Below are positions 10,316-19,273 of a stretch of 64,000 bases of DNA, one piece after another; positions within the stretch are counted from its first letter, which is position 1; each line of letters starts with the position of its first letter. Source of the DNA: Candidatus Aminicenantales bacterium (lineage in GTDB: Bacteria; Acidobacteriota; Aminicenantia; Aminicenantales; UBA4085). The notes below the pieces were generated by a model. It ran no database searches, was not told where the DNA came from, and saw nothing but the letters and a program-made list of their open reading frames with translations. The translations under genes were made by a program, and so were the position numbers. The stretch spans positions 1 to 64,000 of the forward strand of contig JBEKTZ010000014.1 of NCBI GenBank assembly GCA_049515535.1, written 5' to 3'.

Positions 10316-11095
10316 ATGGGCGAGTATTCGATATATCTCGAAGCGGCCAAGACGGTCGCCCGCGAGGCCGGAGACCTTCTTCGGAGAGATTTTTTCGAAG
10401 TCGGCGAGATTTTTTTCAAAGGCAAGGTCGATCTCGTGACCAAGACCGATACGGCTTCCCAGGACCTCGTTTTCCGGCGTCTTTCAGGACTCTTTCCCGG
10501 ACACGATTTTCTGGCCGAAGAGGGGCTCAGGGAATTGACGGACGCCGAGTTCCGCTGGGTTTTCGATCCACTCGATGGAACGACGAATTTCGCGCATCGC
10601 TTCCCCGTCTTTTGCGTCTCGCTCGGCCTCGAACGCCGAAAAGAATTGGTCTGCGGCGTGGTCTTCAATCCCATGAACGGGGAGATGTTCTGGGCCGGGC
10701 GCGGGGAGGGGGCCTATTTCAACGGTCAAAAAATCAGGGTTTCAGCCATCGATGACCTGAACAGGTGTCTCCTGGCCACGGGTTTTCCCTACGATATCCG
10801 CGAAACAAAAGCCAATATGCGCCATCACGGCAATTTCCTCCTCCGGACGCAGGGCGTCCGGCGCTGCGGCTCGGCCGCCCTCGATCTCTGCTACGTCGCC
10901 TGCGGCCGGTTCGACGGCTTCTGGGAGATGAAGCTCAACCCTTGGGACACCGCGGCCGGCGCCGTGATCGTCGAGGAAGCCGGCGGCCGGATAACGGATT
11001 TCCAAGGCGTCCCGGTCGACATCTATCATCCCGAAGTCGTGGCCAGCAACGGCCTGATCCATGAGGCGATGCTCGGCGTGCTGAATTCAAAATGA
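10316..11095 (+). CDS. suhB: Inositol monophosphatase family (SuhB)
   Basis: DLVTKTD, WVFDPLDGTTNF, RRCGSAALDL, WDTAAG. Confidence 0.92.
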   Translation: MGEYSIYLEAAKTVAREAGDLLRRDFFEVGEIFFKGKVDLVTKTDTASQDLVFRRLSGLFPGHDFLAEEGLRELTDAEFRWVFDPLDGTTNFAHRFPVFCVSLGLERRKELVCGVVFNPMNGEMFWAGRGEGAYFNGQKIRVSAIDDLNRCLLATGFPYDIRETKANMRHHGNFLLRTQGVRRCGSAALDLCYVACGRFDGFWEMKLNPWDTAAGAVIVEEAGGRITDFQGVPVDIYHPEVVASNGLIHEAMLGVLNSK

Positions 11096-11634
11096 GGAAG
11101 TGCATATCCGCCAAATCGATCCTGGTCATGCTCTTCTTTTTCTCCTTGGCCTTTTCGGCGGCCTCGGCGGCCTCGCGCTCCGGCCGTCAGCAGGAAGCGC
11201 CGCAGGATTTCGAGCTGGTCAAAACGATTCTCGTCGTCGCGAGCACGGCCTGGACGGACACCGCGCTCGACGTCAAAAAGGGCCAGGAATATTATTTCGA
11301 GGCGACGGGGACGGCTTCGCTCCAGAAAGACAATCCCATGGCGACCTGCGGTCCCGAGGGGCTCAACCTACGGACGATGCAGCAGCCGCTGTCCGATCAG
11401 AACCTGGGCGCGCTGCTTTGCAAAATCCGGGAAAAAACCGATGTTACCGAAGACAAACAGACCGGCGAAAAAACGAGCCGGGATTTCGGCGAAATCCTGT
11501 TTATCGGGAAGAGCAATAGGATCATCCTGTTCTCGTCGGGCCGACTGATGCTCGGGCTCAACGAGAACGTGACGGGGGACAACGAAGGCGGCTTCGAGGT
11601 CAAGATCTATTTGCGGAGGATCGCGGATCCGTAA
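11092..11634 (+). CDS. Secreted hypothetical protein (beta-sandwich, PA-IL/LecA-like)
   Basis: Signal peptide; WTDTALDVKKGQ..ATG and GRLMLGLNE..DNEGGFEV pattern. Confidence 0.6.
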   Translation: MRKCISAKSILVMLFFFSLAFSAASAASRSGRQQEAPQDFELVKTILVVASTAWTDTALDVKKGQEYYFEATGTASLQKDNPMATCGPEGLNLRTMQQPLSDQNLGALLCKIREKTDVTEDKQTGEKTSRDFGEILFIGKSNRIILFSSGRLMLGLNENVTGDNEGGFEVKIYLRRIADP

Positions 11635-11744
11635 AAATCCGCCCCTCCTCTCTTCCCGTTTCTTCTAGCGCCCGAAAAGAGCAGGGGTTGCGCCGGGCGG
11701 GACCGGGCGGGACGCCCAGCTCGGATTTTGGCTTTTCATCCGTC

Positions 11745-13097
11745 TTATTTCGACGCGCCGTTGTTTTGCAAAAGCCTTTCCAGGAACTGGGTGCTGTACG
11801 CGCCGCGGATGAAATCCGTGTTCGCCAGAATGACCAGGTGCAGGGGAATGTTGGTTTTGATGCCGACGATCGTGGTCATTTCCAGGGCCGTCTGCATTTT
11901 TTTGATCGCGAGTTGCCGGTTGGGGGCGAAAGCGATGATCTTCGCCACGAGGGAATCGTAATCCGGCGGGATCTGCCAGCCTCCGTAAGCCGCAGAATCC
12001 ACGCGGATGCCTTCGCCGCCGGGCAGGACGAGAAAATCGATCTTTCCCGGCGAGGGCGCGAACGTGACCGGGTCTTCGGCGTTGATCCGGCATTCGATGG
12101 CGTGGCCGCGCATCACGAGCTCGAACGGAAACGTCACTTTCTCGCCCGCCGCCGCCCGGATTTGGGCCTTCACCAGGTTGATCCCATAAACCATTTCGGT
12201 TATGGGATGCTCGACCTGGACGCGGGTGTTGGCTTCCATGAAGTAGAACTTCTTGTTCTCGTCCACCAGGAACTCGAACGTCCCGAGACTCTCGTAGCCG
12301 ATGTATCTGACCGCGTCTTCGACCGCGCTCATCATTTTCTTGCGCAATCGCTCGTCGACGAACGGAGACGGCGTCTCCTCGATGACCTTCTGGTATTTTC
12401 TCTGGACCGAACAGTCCCGCTCTCCGAAGACGATGACCGTGCCTTTTTTGTCGGCGACGACCTGGATCTCGATGTGATGGGCGTCGGAGAGATATTTTTC
12501 GATATATAAGGAGGGATCGCCGAACGCGGACTTGGCTTCGTTCTGGGCGATCGGAAACTGCTCCTCGACGTGCTGGGGGTTGCGGCAGATCCGCATGCCT
12601 TTGCCGCCGCCGCCCGCTACGGCCTTGATGATGACCGGAAAACCGATTTTCAGGGCGACCTTTTTGGCCTCGTTGACGTCGTCGATGACCTTTTCGCTCC
12701 CCGGAATGATGGGAAGCTTGGCCTTGGCCATTTCCTGGCGGGCCCGATTCTTGTCGCCCATGAGACGGATGATCGAGGCCGGCGGGCCGATCCAGGCGAT
12801 CCCGGACGTTTCGCAGATCTCGGCGAACCGGGGATTTTCGGCCAAGAACCCGTATCCGGGATGAATGGCGTCGGCCTTTGTGATCTCGGCCACGGTCAGC
12901 AGGTTGGGAATGTTCAGGTAGCTGTCCTGGGCTTTGGCCGGGCCGATGCAGAATCTTTCGTCCGCGAGCAGAGTATGAAGCGAGGTCCGGTCGCTCTCGG
13001 AATAGACGGCGACGGTCTTGATGCCCAGTTCTTTGGCGGCCCTGATGATCCGGAGGGCGATTTCACCGCGATTGGCTATGAGAATCTTGGAGATCAT
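11745..13097 (-). CDS. accC: Acetyl-CoA carboxylase biotin carboxylase subunit
   Basis: KILIANRGEIA, HPGYGFLAEN, GGGGKGMR, EANTRVQVEH, YDSLVAK. Confidence 0.97.
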   Translation of the reverse strand: MISKILIANRGEIALRIIRAAKELGIKTVAVYSESDRTSLHTLLADERFCIGPAKAQDSYLNIPNLLTVAEITKADAIHPGYGFLAENPRFAEICETSGIAWIGPPASIIRLMGDKNRARQEMAKAKLPIIPGSEKVIDDVNEAKKVALKIGFPVIIKAVAGGGGKGMRICRNPQHVEEQFPIAQNEAKSAFGDPSLYIEKYLSDAHHIEIQVVADKKGTVIVFGERDCSVQRKYQKVIEETPSPFVDERLRKKMMSAVEDAVRYIGYESLGTFEFLVDENKKFYFMEANTRVQVEHPITEMVYGINLVKAQIRAAAGEKVTFPFELVMRGHAIECRINAEDPVTFAPSPGKIDFLVLPGGEGIRVDSAAYGGWQIPPDYDSLVAKIIAFAPNRQLAIKKMQTALEMTTIVGIKTNIPLHLVILANTDFIRGAYSTQFLERLLQNNGASK

Positions 13098-13103
13098 GAC
13101 GAC

Positions 13104-13586
13104 TTATGGGGTGGGCAGGATGGAAAAGAGTTTTTGTCCGTACTCGACGGGCTTGCCGTTCTCGACAAAGATGTCCTTGACGATGCCGTCCATGTCGCAC
13201 TCGATCTCGTTCATAAGCTTCATCGCTTCGATGATGCAGAGGGTTTGTTTTTTCTTGGCCGATTCCCCGATCTCGACGAACGGCGGGGAGTTGGGAGCGG
13301 ATGCCCGGTAGAACGTGCCAACCATTGGGGAAGTGACGAAATGGAGTTGGGCCTGGCCGGCTTGGATGAACGATTCCGCGGCGCCGCCGCCGGCCGGCTC
13401 TCCCGCGGGCACGGCCGATTTGCCGCTGCCGGTCGCCGGCTGCGACAGAGGAGCGTAGACGACCTGGGCATTGCGCGCTATCCTGATCTTGAATCCTTCG
13501 ACTTCAAGCTCGAATTCGGACAGATTTTTATCCTCCAACAGCTTGACCAGCCTGTCGATTTCATCGTGATCGATCTTTGAGGACAT
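13104..13586 (-). CDS. accB: Biotin carboxyl carrier protein
   Basis: SPMVGTFY and EAMKLMNEI biotinylation motif; start chosen from GAGGAG spacing. Confidence 0.95.
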   Translation of the reverse strand: MSSKIDHDEIDRLVKLLEDKNLSEFELEVEGFKIRIARNAQVVYAPLSQPATGSGKSAVPAGEPAGGGAAESFIQAGQAQLHFVTSPMVGTFYRASAPNSPPFVEIGESAKKKQTLCIIEAMKLMNEIECDMDGIVKDIFVENGKPVEYGQKLFSILPTP

Positions 13587-13720
13587 GATCATCTCCTCGC
13601 TCTCTTCGGAAAAGTTATTTATTTTCTTCATGTTATCTTCTTTTCCGCGAAAATTAGTATTACCTTATCAGCAAAGGGGCGAAGCTGTCAAGCGCGGTGG
13701 ACGGCTGCCGGCGTCGGGTT

Positions 13721-14866
13721 CTAAAGGACTTTCTTTCCCTTGCGAAAGACGTGAGTTACGCTGAGCTTTTTGTCCAAGATGACGATATCGGCGTCGGCGC
13801 CCTTGGCCAAACGGCCCTTGCGGCCGGTGACGCCGAGGAGGCGGGCCGGGTTGAGGGTCAACATGGGAAGGATTTCGGCCAGGGGCCGGCCCGTCCAGCG
13901 AGCCGCATTTTTGAGGGCGACATCGAGGGTGATCGCGCTTCCGTAGAGACGTCCGTCGGGCGTCCGGAGAGGGGTCCGGCTGAGCCCCGTCCGCCTCGTG
14001 GCGTCGGTGACGAGGATGATCTTTTCAAGGGGTTTGATCTTCATGACCAGGCTCAGGATCGCCGGATGGAGATGGATGCCGTCGGCAATGAGCTCGATGG
14101 AGACGCCGTCGTCCAAAAGTAATGCGCCCGCGAGCCCGGGGTCGCGATGAAAGAGGCCGCTCATCGCGTTGAAGAGATGCGTCCCGTGCGAGATCCCGGC
14201 CCGGAGGCCCGCCATGGCCTGGGCAAATGCCGCGTTCGAGTGGCCCGCCGCGGCGATGATCCTGTTCTTCAGCAAATAGCGAATCAACGGGCCGGCCTTG
14301 GGGATTTCGGGGGCCAGCGTCATGATCTTGATTCCCCCCTTGGATGCCCTAATATAACGACTCAGCTCTCCCGATGAGAACGGACGGATATGCTTCTCGG
14401 GTTGGGCCCCCCGCTTTTCCCCGGCAAGGCAGGGACCTTCCAAATGAAGGCCGAGGATTTCCGGGATCTCCAGACCGGCGCTTGGCATCTTGATGACGGC
14501 TTCGATGGCCCGGAGGATATCCTCCGGCGCAGCCGTCATCAGGGTCGGGATGACTGATGTCGTGCCTTTGACGAGGTGGGTCCTGAGAGCCCGCTCGATC
14601 GAGGCCGGGTTCGCGTCCATGAAATCCGCGCCGCCGCCGCCGTGGAGATGGATGTCGATGAAACCGGGCACGGCGGTGAGACCCTTGAGATCAACAGTCT
14701 CGAATTCCCGGGACATCGATTTTGATTGAGCGATGGAGGCGGAGGCTTCCCGGATCGGGCCGACATGGGCGATCTTTTCCCCTTCGATCAAAATGGCGCC
14801 GTCAGGGAAATGCCGATGAGGCGTATGGATCTCGACGTTGGCGAGGAGCGTGGCTTTCTTTTTCAT
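13721..14866 (-). CDS. nagA: N-acetylglucosamine-6-phosphate deacetylase
   Basis: PGFIDIHLHG, HLEGP, TLAPE, GHS, THLFNAM, DGIH. Confidence 0.93.
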   Translation of the reverse strand: MKKKATLLANVEIHTPHRHFPDGAILIEGEKIAHVGPIREASASIAQSKSMSREFETVDLKGLTAVPGFIDIHLHGGGGADFMDANPASIERALRTHLVKGTTSVIPTLMTAAPEDILRAIEAVIKMPSAGLEIPEILGLHLEGPCLAGEKRGAQPEKHIRPFSSGELSRYIRASKGGIKIMTLAPEIPKAGPLIRYLLKNRIIAAAGHSNAAFAQAMAGLRAGISHGTHLFNAMSGLFHRDPGLAGALLLDDGVSIELIADGIHLHPAILSLVMKIKPLEKIILVTDATRRTGLSRTPLRTPDGRLYGSAITLDVALKNAARWTGRPLAEILPMLTLNPARLLGVTGRKGRLAKGADADIVILDKKLSVTHVFRKGKKVL

Positions 14867-14871
14867 TGTCC

Positions 14872-16245
14872 CTAGATCTTCTTCTGCAATTCCGCGATCT
14901 CTTTTCTAAGCCGCCGGATCGCGGCTTTCGCCGTCTCCGCCGTTTTGGCCTCGGCGATCACCCGGATGATGGGCTCGGTATTGGACGGTCGGACGTGGAT
15001 CCAATGGTCCGGATAATCGACTTTCAGCCCGTCGAGCAGATTCACCCGGCCTTCGCCCTCGTATTTTTTCTTGAGCCTTCCGATCAGGCGGCTGGCCCGT
15101 TCGGCCGATCCTTCGATCTTGTCCTTGATCATGACGTATCGCGGGATGTCTTTCCGCAGCGCGGAGATCGTCTTCCCCGATGAGGCCATGGACTCCAGGG
15201 TCAGGCATATCGCGGTGAAACTATCGCGGCATGGATGAATCCGGGGCAGGATGACGCCGCCGTTGCCTTCGCCCGCGATCGCCGTTTCCGGCTCGGCCGA
15301 GAGGACCTTTTCCACGACGTTGATTTCGCCGATCTTCGTCCGGAAGACCGGAACTTTCCGCGCCGCGGCGATGTCGTCGATGGCCCGCGTCGTCGAGAGG
15401 TTGCAGACGACCGATCCTCTTTTTTTGCTCAGCACGTATCGCGTCGCGAGGGCCAGGGTCATTTCCTCGCCGAGCGGCTCGCCTTTGTCGTTGACGATGG
15501 CCAGCCGGTCGGCGTCGGCGTCCTGAACGAAGCCGATATCGGCCTTGTTCCTGACGACCGCCCGGCAAAGCTCGCGGATGTTCTCGGGCAGCGGTTCCGA
15601 TTGATGCGCGAACGAGCCGTCGGGGACGGCGTTGATGAGGACGGTCACGCAGCCCAGGGCGTCGAGAAGCTGCGGCGCGAGTATGGCGCCGGCGCCGTTT
15701 CCGCAGTCGACGGCCACCTTGAATTTCTTCCGGCGGATCAAGCTTACGTTAAAATGGGCGAGGAGCTTCTTGAGGTGCGGTTCCGTCGGCCGGGATTCCG
15801 TCTTGAGGGTTTTATATCGTTCGGGCTCGACGAACGAGAATTCCCCCTGATGATAGATGTCCAGAAATTCCTCCATCTGGTGCCGCGTGAGATAGAGCCC
15901 TTCGCGGCTGATGAATTTCAGCCCGTTCCACTCTTTGGGGTTGTGGCTGGCCGTCACGGCGATGCCGCCCGCGGCCTTGGATTCTTTCGTCAAAAGGAGA
16001 AACGAAGGGATGGGGCAGATGCCCACGTCCACGGGCTGACAACCGCAGGCCAGGAGCCCCGAGATGACGGCCGGCTTGATCATCGCGCCCGAGGGGCGGG
16101 CGTCCCTTCCGACCATCACCGGCCCGACGCCGATATACGTGGCGAAGGACTGGGCCAGAGCGCCGGCCAGCTGCGGGGTCAGGCTGTCTCCGACGATCCC
16201 CCGGATGCCGGAAATGCTGATCTTCAAGGACGATGTTTTCTTCAT
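14872..16245 (-). CDS. Alpha-D-phosphohexomutase (GlmM/PMM-like), intact motifs
   Basis: SGIRG, TASHNP phosphoserine motif, DADADR metal loop, GEGNGG, RPSNTEP; ATG overlaps the upstream stop. Confidence 0.92.
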   Translation of the reverse strand: MKKTSSLKISISGIRGIVGDSLTPQLAGALAQSFATYIGVGPVMVGRDARPSGAMIKPAVISGLLACGCQPVDVGICPIPSFLLLTKESKAAGGIAVTASHNPKEWNGLKFISREGLYLTRHQMEEFLDIYHQGEFSFVEPERYKTLKTESRPTEPHLKKLLAHFNVSLIRRKKFKVAVDCGNGAGAILAPQLLDALGCVTVLINAVPDGSFAHQSEPLPENIRELCRAVVRNKADIGFVQDADADRLAIVNDKGEPLGEEMTLALATRYVLSKKRGSVVCNLSTTRAIDDIAAARKVPVFRTKIGEINVVEKVLSAEPETAIAGEGNGGVILPRIHPCRDSFTAICLTLESMASSGKTISALRKDIPRYVMIKDKIEGSAERASRLIGRLKKKYEGEGRVNLLDGLKVDYPDHWIHVRPSNTEPIIRVIAEAKTAETAKAAIRRLRKEIAELQKKI

Positions 16246-17591
16246 TGGATCAAGACGTCGATGAAACGGATGACTTCGTCGGCCCGCTCGCGCGCTTTGG
16301 CCTTGTTTTGGTCTTCGGCGATGATCCGGATCATGGGTTCCGTGCCGGATGTGCGCACTTGGACCCAGCCGGTCTTGTCCTCGACGCGGATGCCGTCCGA
16401 CGTGTCGATCTCGTGCCGCCGAAAGAATTTTTTCACCTCGCTGACGACGGAATGGACTTTCGTCGGCGGGCAATAGATCTTCTCCTTGACGATATGATAT
16501 CGGGGAAGCTCCGCGACGAGACGCGAGATCTTCTGGCCCCGTTTTGCCATCGTCTGGAGGATGAATCCCATCGTCAGGAAGGAGTCGAAGGCCGGCTGGA
16601 AATCGGCGATGGCCACGCCGCCGCTGCCCTCCCCGGCGAGAACGGCCTCCTCCTGGAGGAGCGCATGGACGGCGAAAGATTGTCCGACTTTCGTCCGGAC
16701 GAGCGGACAGCCGCGGTCCCGCGCCACATCCTCGATCATCCGCGATGTCGAGAGGTTGGCGACGACCGGTCCGCGATGGTCCTTCAAGTATTCGTTGGCA
16801 ACGAGCGGAAACGTGAATTCCTCGGACAGGCTTTCGCCCGTTTCAGTCACGCCGGAGACGCGGCTGACGTCGCTGTTGAGAAGAAAGCCGATGTCCGCAC
16901 CGACGACCTTCATGATGGCGACGACCTGCTGGGCGTTGCGCGGCCGCGGTTCGGGGTCGTGCGGGAAGAAGCCGTTGGGCTCGTTGTTGACGGGGATGAG
17001 CTCGAAGCCGAGGGCGCGCGCTAGTCCCTCGAGAAAATAGGCCCCGGCCCCGTTGCAGGCGTCGATGACGACCTTCAGCCTGGCCTTGCCGATGGCTTCG
17101 GCGTCCAGGAAAGCGCGCAAGCCGTCAAAATATTCGTCCGCGCATTTTTCCACCCGCCTCGCTTCGCCGAGGCCGTCCGTCGAGGCTTTTTTGAATCGGC
17201 CGAGATGATAGGTATCCAGGACCTCCGCTCCCTGGTAAGGGTTGAGATAGGTCCCGTCCTGATTGATGAAAGCGAGGGCGTTCCATTGGATGTTGTTATG
17301 CCCGGCCGTGATCGATATGCCGCCCTTGGCTTTCAGTTTTTTGACCGCGTATTGCAGGATGGGCGTCGGGCAGATGTCCAGGTCCAGGACGTCGCATCCC
17401 GTGGACAGGAGCGAGGCCAGGCAGGCCGCCTGAAGCATGGGGCCCGAGATTCTCGTATCCCGGCCGAGAAGGACGGGTTTGGAATTGATGTAAGTGCCGA
17501 ACGCGGCGGCGAAATCCATGACGAGCTTGGGCGTGATGGAGTCGCCGACGATGCCGCGCACGCCGGAAATGCCGATCTTCAGGAGCTTCAT
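16242..17591 (-). CDS. Alpha-D-phosphohexomutase paralogue with degenerate catalytic motifs
   Basis: Full-length fold motifs (SGVRG, GEGSGG, RTSGTEP) but TAGHNN instead of TASHNP and NSDVSR instead of DxDxDR. Confidence 0.88.
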   Translation of the reverse strand: MKLLKIGISGVRGIVGDSITPKLVMDFAAAFGTYINSKPVLLGRDTRISGPMLQAACLASLLSTGCDVLDLDICPTPILQYAVKKLKAKGGISITAGHNNIQWNALAFINQDGTYLNPYQGAEVLDTYHLGRFKKASTDGLGEARRVEKCADEYFDGLRAFLDAEAIGKARLKVVIDACNGAGAYFLEGLARALGFELIPVNNEPNGFFPHDPEPRPRNAQQVVAIMKVVGADIGFLLNSDVSRVSGVTETGESLSEEFTFPLVANEYLKDHRGPVVANLSTSRMIEDVARDRGCPLVRTKVGQSFAVHALLQEEAVLAGEGSGGVAIADFQPAFDSFLTMGFILQTMAKRGQKISRLVAELPRYHIVKEKIYCPPTKVHSVVSEVKKFFRRHEIDTSDGIRVEDKTGWVQVRTSGTEPMIRIIAEDQNKAKARERADEVIRFIDVLIQ

Positions 17592-17680
17592 CAGGTTTTC
17601 TTCTTTTATTATATGATTTTAATGGGGAGACACAATACCCATTACCCCTTTGCCCTCACGGTCAGACACGGCTCGGTTTG

Positions 17681-17885
17681 ACGAGCGGTTGATATGCCCC
17701 ATGGCTTTCAACGGGGAACCGCTCGTAGAGGGATCCAAAGGGGAGCCGCCCCCTTGGTCGCAGGGCGGGGTTTCATGCCCCGCCCGAGAAAGGGAGGCAG
17801 GGCAACGCCGTTTTGTACCCTAAAGTACAAAACGGTGTGCCCGTTGGAAGGGGGAAACGCGAAGCGGGTTCCCCCTCCAAATTGA
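17681..17885 (+). repeat. Hairpin repeat family A, long copy (five consecutive stem-loops)
   Basis: Stems ACGAGCGGTT/AACCGCTCGT, CCAAAGGGG/CCCCCTTGG, GGGCGGGG/CCCCGCCC, plus the 101 bp shared with 9-109. Confidence 0.85.
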
Positions 17886-17910
17886 CTGTCTGTCGCGTTT
17901 TCTTTATGAT
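17882..17910 (+). promoter_or_regulatory. Sigma70-type promoter upstream of ffh
   Basis: TTGACT-17 nt-TATGAT. Confidence 0.65.
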
Positions 17911-17947
17911 TGTCGCGGCGCAATGGATTAATCGGAAATGCTTCCCC

Positions 17948-19270
17948 ATGTTTGATCAATTATCGGACCGGCTTCAAAAGGTGGTGAAATTCCTCAAGGG
18001 GGAGGTCAAGGTCACCGAAAAAAACATGGCCGAGGCCCTGAAGATGATCCGCATGGCCCTTCTCGAAGCGGACGTCAACTATAAGGTCGTTAAAGACTTC
18101 GAGGAACGGATCAGGGCCAAGGCCCTCCATCAGGAGGTTCTCGATAGCCTCTCGCCCGCCCAACAGGTGATCAAGATCGTCCGGGACGAGCTGACGGCGA
18201 TCCTCGGGACGACGGATAAACCGCTGACGTTCGCCGGCGCGCCTCCGTCCATTGTCATGCTCGTCGGGCTCCAAGGCAGCGGCAAGACGACGACGTGCGG
18301 CAAGCTCGCCAGGTGGGCGCAGGGCCGCGGCAAAAATCCGCTCCTCGTCTCGTTCGATCTCAAGCGGGCGGCGGCTCAGGACCAGCTCAAGATGATCGCC
18401 GGCTCGCTCGGCCTTCCTTTTTATGAAATGACCGGAGAACAGATGTCCGCGCCCGAGGCGGCCTTGCGTGAACTCGTGAAATCCGCGAGGAACCGCGGCC
18501 ACGACCTCCTGCTCGTCGACACGGCCGGCCGGCTCCACGTGGACGAGGATCTCATGGATGAACTGCTCCTCGTCAAAAACATCCTCAACCCCGTCGAAGT
18601 GATTTACGTCGGCGATTCGATGACCGGTCAGGACGCGGTCAAAAGCGCGCAGGCGTTCAACGACCGGATCGGACTGACTTCGATCATCCTCACGAAGCTC
18701 GACGGCGACGCGCGGGGCGGGGCCGCGCTCTCCATCGTCGCGGTCACGGGCAAGCCGATCAAATTCGTGGGGGTGGGCGAAAAATTCGACAAGCTCGAAA
18801 TTTTCCATCCTGACCGCATGGCTTCGCGAATCCTGGGCATGGGCGACATGCTGAGCCTCATCGAAAAGGCCGAAGCCGAAGCCGATGTCAAGGAGGCCGA
18901 AGAGCTCGCCCGCAAGATCCGCCGTCAGGACTTTACGCTCGAGGATTTCAAGAAGCAGCTCGGCCAGCTCAAAAAAATGGGTTCGCTTTCCGGCATGCTC
19001 GGCCATCTGCCGAATGTCGGGCCCTTTAAAAATCTCGCGCAGGCCGGGATCGACGACCGCAGCCTCCTCTATTTCGAGGCCATCATCAACTCCATGACGC
19101 CCGCGGAGCGGAGCGATCCGAAGATCATCAACGGCAGCCGCCGCCAGCGCATCGCCCGGGGCAGCGGCCGGCCCGTTCACGAGGTCAACCGGCTCCTCAA
19201 GCAGTTCCTCGAGATGCGGAACATGATGAAGAAGTCGGCCTTCCAGAAAATTCTCTACTCGATCAAATAA
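17948..19270 (+). CDS. ffh: Signal recognition particle protein Ffh
   Basis: MFDQLSDRL start, ALLEADV, GLQGSGKTTT, DTAGR, TKLDGDARGGAALS, M-domain. Confidence 0.97.
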   Translation: MFDQLSDRLQKVVKFLKGEVKVTEKNMAEALKMIRMALLEADVNYKVVKDFEERIRAKALHQEVLDSLSPAQQVIKIVRDELTAILGTTDKPLTFAGAPPSIVMLVGLQGSGKTTTCGKLARWAQGRGKNPLLVSFDLKRAAAQDQLKMIAGSLGLPFYEMTGEQMSAPEAALRELVKSARNRGHDLLLVDTAGRLHVDEDLMDELLLVKNILNPVEVIYVGDSMTGQDAVKSAQAFNDRIGLTSIILTKLDGDARGGAALSIVAVTGKPIKFVGVGEKFDKLEIFHPDRMASRILGMGDMLSLIEKAEAEADVKEAEELARKIRRQDFTLEDFKKQLGQLKKMGSLSGMLGHLPNVGPFKNLAQAGIDDRSLLYFEAIINSMTPAERSDPKIINGSRRQRIARGSGRPVHEVNRLLKQFLEMRNMMKKSAFQKILYSIK

Positions 19271-19273
19271 AAC

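Noticed and set aside
17681..17885. SRP RNA (ffs) or riboswitch upstream of ffh
   Set aside because: No SRP domain IV motif (CAGG..GGAA..AGCAG); the sequence recurs at unrelated loci and lies upstream of the predicted promoter
17813..17947. N-terminal extension of Ffh in the ORF track
   Set aside because: It is translated repeat and promoter DNA; the family-like start is MFDQL at 17948
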